64,000 nt of DNA from Cyanophyceae cyanobacterium (GTDB lineage Bacteria > Cyanobacteriota > Cyanobacteriia > Cyanobacteriales > JBHJGN01), in NCBI GenBank assembly GCA_050331735.1, contig JBHJGN010000029.1, forward strand, positions 160,001-224,000, written 5' to 3'. Positions 59,366 through 64,000 of this stretch are shown one piece after another. The notes under the pieces were generated by a model. It saw only the letters and a program-made list of their open reading frames with translations, did not search any database and had not been told where the DNA came from. The position numbers and the translations under genes are program-made. The stretch's first letter is position 1, and each line of letters begins with the position of its first letter.

Positions 59366-59995
59366 AGACGGTGGTTTGAAGCTTTAGGTGTTGGCAGGGG
59401 CAAACTCGGCTGGTTACTTTACCTATTACTCGACTGGCAGTCAGACAACAGCGTTTGCTCGACAAGAATTAATCAATCTTTATATAGTTCCTGAGATGAG
59501 GTGGAGCGCGGCTATTCGTTATTTTAGCTGCCATCGTCGCTGCCTTATGCTGAACCTACATGATGTTGCCCCTGTTTTGATGTCATGAGACGATGGCGAG
59601 GCTGCTCCCTCAGCCGCAGGTCCAATTCCGAGAGTAACCGAGGCGCTGGATTGGCGATCGCGCTTTCTCATTGGCACCCTCCTTACTGAAAGAGTAAAAC
59701 TTAAAGCTGCTTGTTTGTCTTTTGTACTTATTTACTGAAATAAAAACTATAAAAACTGTTCAGCTATTTTCATTTGGCTTTAGACAAAATTGTGGCTCTC
59801 TAAGAAGCGAAAATGATTCTTATCAGTAGCTTACTTGCTTTTATTGCTAAGTTTGTTTGCGATCGCTCTTTCTTTTCTCGCTGAGTTAGACAATAATTCG
59901 ATCAATGACCTCTAAAGATAAAACCGGATTGACTCAGCACTCAGGAGTCATCAATAACAAAAACCAAACTATCGACCGAGCAGGAGACACAAACT

Positions 59996-60859
59996 ATGAA
60001 ACTGTCAGTTTATGGAAAAGGCGGCATTGGCAAATCGACAACAAGCTGCAATATTTCAGTTGCCCTCGCTCAGCGAGGCAAAAAAGTGCTGCAAATCGGC
60101 TGCGATCCGAAGCACGACAGCACTTTTACCCTGACAGGCTTTCTGATTCCTACCATTATTGATACGCTTCAGGAAAAAGATTTTCATTACGAAGATATCT
60201 GGCCCGAAGACGTAATCTACAAGGGCTACGGCGGTGTTGACTGCGTTGAAGCGGGCGGTCCTCCGGCAGGCGCTGGCTGCGGTGGCTATGTTGTTGGTGA
60301 AACCGTTAAGCTACTCAAAGAACTCAACGCCTTCGATGAGTACGACGTGATTCTGTTCGACGTGCTTGGGGATGTCGTCTGTGGCGGATTTGCCGCTCCG
60401 CTTAACTATTCTGATTACTGCATGATCGTTACAGACAATGGGTTTGATGCTCTGTTTGCTGCCAACAGAATTGCGGCTTCTGTCCGCGAAAAAGCAAGAA
60501 CTCACCCGCTGCGTTTGGCTGGCTTGATTGGCAACCGCACTTCTAAGCGAGATTTAATTGATAAGTACATTGAAGCCGTACCGATGCCGGTGCTGGAAAT
60601 TCTGCCGCTGATTGAGGATATTCGCGTTTCCCGGGTGAAGGGAAAGACGCTGTTTGAAATGGCCCAAACCGATTCGTCTCTCAGCTACGTCTGTGATTAC
60701 TATCTCAACATTGCCGATCAGATCTTAGCGATGCCAGAAGGAGTCGTTCCCCAAGACGCTCAAGACCGCGAACTGTTCTCGCTGCTGTCTGACTTCTACC
60801 TCAATCCGACACAGCCTCAGACCAGTCAAGCTGAGGAACTAGACCTAATGATGGTTTAA
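59996..60859 (+). CDS. chlL: Light-independent protochlorophyllide reductase iron protein
   Basis: [37 protein letters not shown]. Confidence 0.97.
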   Translation: MKLSVYGKGGIGKSTTSCNISVALAQRGKKVLQIGCDPKHDSTFTLTGFLIPTIIDTLQEKDFHYEDIWPEDVIYKGYGGVDCVEAGGPPAGAGCGGYVVGETVKLLKELNAFDEYDVILFDVLGDVVCGGFAAPLNYSDYCMIVTDNGFDALFAANRIAASVREKARTHPLRLAGLIGNRTSKRDLIDKYIEAVPMPVLEILPLIEDIRVSRVKGKTLFEMAQTDSSLSYVCDYYLNIADQILAMPEGVVPQDAQDRELFSLLSDFYLNPTQPQTSQAEELDLMMV

Positions 60860-60867
60860 GGCAGTGA

Positions 60868-62349
<1,482 letters not shown>

Positions 62350-62413
62350 AGCCATGCCTCTCCAGTCTTCATTGAGCATCAAAGGGACTTGGAGATGCCT
62401 GTTTCCAGAACCC

Positions 62414-62437
62414 GCCCCTCTGACACATCAGAGGGGC
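62414..62437. other. GC-rich stem-loop downstream of chlN
   Basis: GCCCCTCTGA-CACA-TCAGAGGGGC, perfect 10-bp stem with no adjacent T tract. Confidence 0.55.
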
Positions 62438-62550
62438 AGCTCGGTTATTTAAGAGATCTGTTTCAATTTTTCCGGCAGCTAGACCATTTGGCTCTGGGCC
62501 AATGTATTGGCCCAAAGCGGTTTCAGTTGCAAAATATCCCTTTGCACAAC

Positions 62551-62579
62551 AAAAAAGCTTGGGTCAATTCAAGCTTTTT
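62551..62579. terminator. Possible bidirectional terminator between chlN and the rbp gene
   Basis: AAAAAGCTTG-N8-CAAGCTTTTT. Confidence 0.55.
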
Positions 62580-62699
62580 GACAAGTATCAGCTAACAACT
62601 AATGATTGGAAGTGGCCGTGTCTACTGTTGATACTGCTATTGATATCTGCTGTTACTAAAACTGGTGATTTGAGAACGCCCAGAATACCGAATAGAAGT

Positions 62700-63002
62700 T
62701 TAGTACCGCTCGGAGTAACCTTGGCGACTATTGCGACGACCACCACCGGGCCCTCGATTCTCACGGGGTCTTGCTTTATTAACTTTGAGGTCTCGTCCCA
62801 TCCATTCAGCTCCATCTAAAGCTTCTATGGCAGCCGCCTCCTCTTCCTCGGTCTCCATTTCTACAAAGCCGAAACCTCTCATCCTCCCTGTTTCGCGGTC
62901 GGTGGGAAGCTGAACTCGCTTTACCGTTCCATACTCGGTAAATACATCAACCAAATCCTCTTGCGTCACCTTGTAGGATAGGTTGCCAATATAGATAGAC
63001 AT
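62700..63002 (-). CDS. rbp: RRM RNA-binding protein (cyanobacterial Rbp family)
   Basis: RNP2 IYIGNL, RNP1 RGFGFVEM, Gly/Arg-rich tail. Confidence 0.95.
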   Translation of the reverse strand: MSIYIGNLSYKVTQEDLVDVFTEYGTVKRVQLPTDRETGRMRGFGFVEMETEEEEAAAIEALDGAEWMGRDLKVNKARPRENRGPGGGRRNSRQGYSERY

Positions 63003-63110
63003 TAAATATCTCCAAAATCAAGCGTCGTAGAGATTAAATTTCGGAGGAAGTCTTGCCTATCAAACAACAAACAATACAACCGAAAATTTTCTCTCTAGAA
63101 GATGATAGCA
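63003..63110 (-). promoter_or_regulatory. rbp promoter and conserved 5' leader boxes
   Basis: Minus strand: TGC-TATCAT extended -10, then TTCGGTTG, TTTGTTGTTTG, CTCCGAAAT and TTTTGGAGA (RBS), similar to the boxes described for cyanobacterial rbp leaders. Confidence 0.65.
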
Positions 63111-63474
63111 TAACCTGACTTGAATTAACCCAACCGAGAAGGAGAGCCGTAACCAGGGGCTAGTAACTAGTGCGCCGCGACCAAGAGGAAGGCTAAAACG
63201 AATGATCATGTTATCTAAATGAATTCAACAATGACCGTAAATCGTGAGCATTTGTGTAAACGATAAAGGTTAATTTTTTTGTTCTTGGGCAAAAACAGTA
63301 AAATCTCATGTTTTTTTGGGTACTTTCTGATTAGGAAGGACGCAAGGCATCTGAATAGCTCAACAGGCTTGATGCTTCTGACCTATTAGTTTTGTTGCTC
63401 GCGCTTACCGCTCAAAGACAACAATGCTAACCGAAGCGTTACCGAAATTAGTGCTGACGATTACTAGCTGATCC

Positions 63475-63924
63475 ATGAGTATTTATGCTGCCAGACTCCG
63501 CTCTTTGTTTACTGCGATCGCTGCTGCTCTGATCGTTTTTGGAATTTATCTAACAAGCCTATCCAGTGAAGGGACGGCTTCTCGGTCTGAATTAGCAACG
63601 ATGGCGGCAATGGTACAGCAGTCGGTGGACTATGAAATAGCTCTTAGGGATAATCAGCCCACGCTCATCGAATTTTATGCTGACTGGTGTACAACCTGTC
63701 GCTCGCTGGCTCCTGTGTTGAGCAAGCTGCATCAGGAGACTGAGGCGGTAGATATTGTGATGCTCAACGTAGATGAGCCTCGATGGACTCAGCAGGTGAA
63801 GATGTATCAGGTCAAGGGAGTGCCTCATCTCACTTTCCTCAACTCTCGGGGAGAAATTGTCGAAACGTTAGTGGGCAAAGTCCCAGAAACAGAAATTAGG
63901 CAAGTGGTTCAACATCTGAGCTAA
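63475..63924 (+). CDS. Membrane-anchored thioredoxin-like protein (TxlA/HCF164-like)
   Basis: N-terminal TM helix, EFYADWCTTC, VMLNVD, VKGVPHL. Confidence 0.85.
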   Translation: MSIYAARLRSLFTAIAAALIVFGIYLTSLSSEGTASRSELATMAAMVQQSVDYEIALRDNQPTLIEFYADWCTTCRSLAPVLSKLHQETEAVDIVMLNVDEPRWTQQVKMYQVKGVPHLTFLNSRGEIVETLVGKVPETEIRQVVQHLS

Positions 63925-64000
63925 GAGCAGGCGGGATGCAGATGCGCTGCGAGACAAGGAAGTTGATGGCTGATGGTCAATCGTGTTGCCCAATCAACCA

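Overview
This is a cyanobacterial chromosomal segment: it has many HIP1 octamers (GCGATCGC) and carries psbZ, chlP, chlL-chlN, desC and a CRR6 homologue. Most of it is housekeeping: lipid synthesis (plsX-fabH, fabD-plsC, desC, plsY), metG, ribH, an A-adding tRNA nucleotidyltransferase, tRNA-Gly(GCC), a Trm1-like methylase, lptC, dacB, an ABC1 kinase/PP2C pair and an RRM protein. I saw no CRISPR array, prophage, transposase or reverse transcriptase. The points most worth a second look are: (1) a tightly coupled three-gene operon (36006-38183) encoding a catalytically degenerate HtrA-type protein with a PDZ domain, an intact PDZ-less trypsin-like protease and a LuxR regulator with a degenerate receiver, a candidate phosphorylation-independent proteolytic signalling module; (2) a ~149-bp MITE family with TACCA/TGGTA ends, 3-bp TNA target duplications and an internal G-quadruplex motif, two copies of which disrupt one gene; (3) intergenic GGGGAAA/TTTCCCC repeat patches carrying 13-14-nt mini-hairpins with compensatory stem changes; (4) an extremely acidic beta-helix protein with no K, P, H, Y or C; (5) an inferred ~20-kb inversion that split plsX-fabH from fabD-plsC; (6) a glycosyltransferase/sulfotransferase cluster; (7) two small genes missed by the ORF track (a rubredoxin and a 53-aa membrane protein). 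All product calls come from motif recognition by eye; no database search was run.
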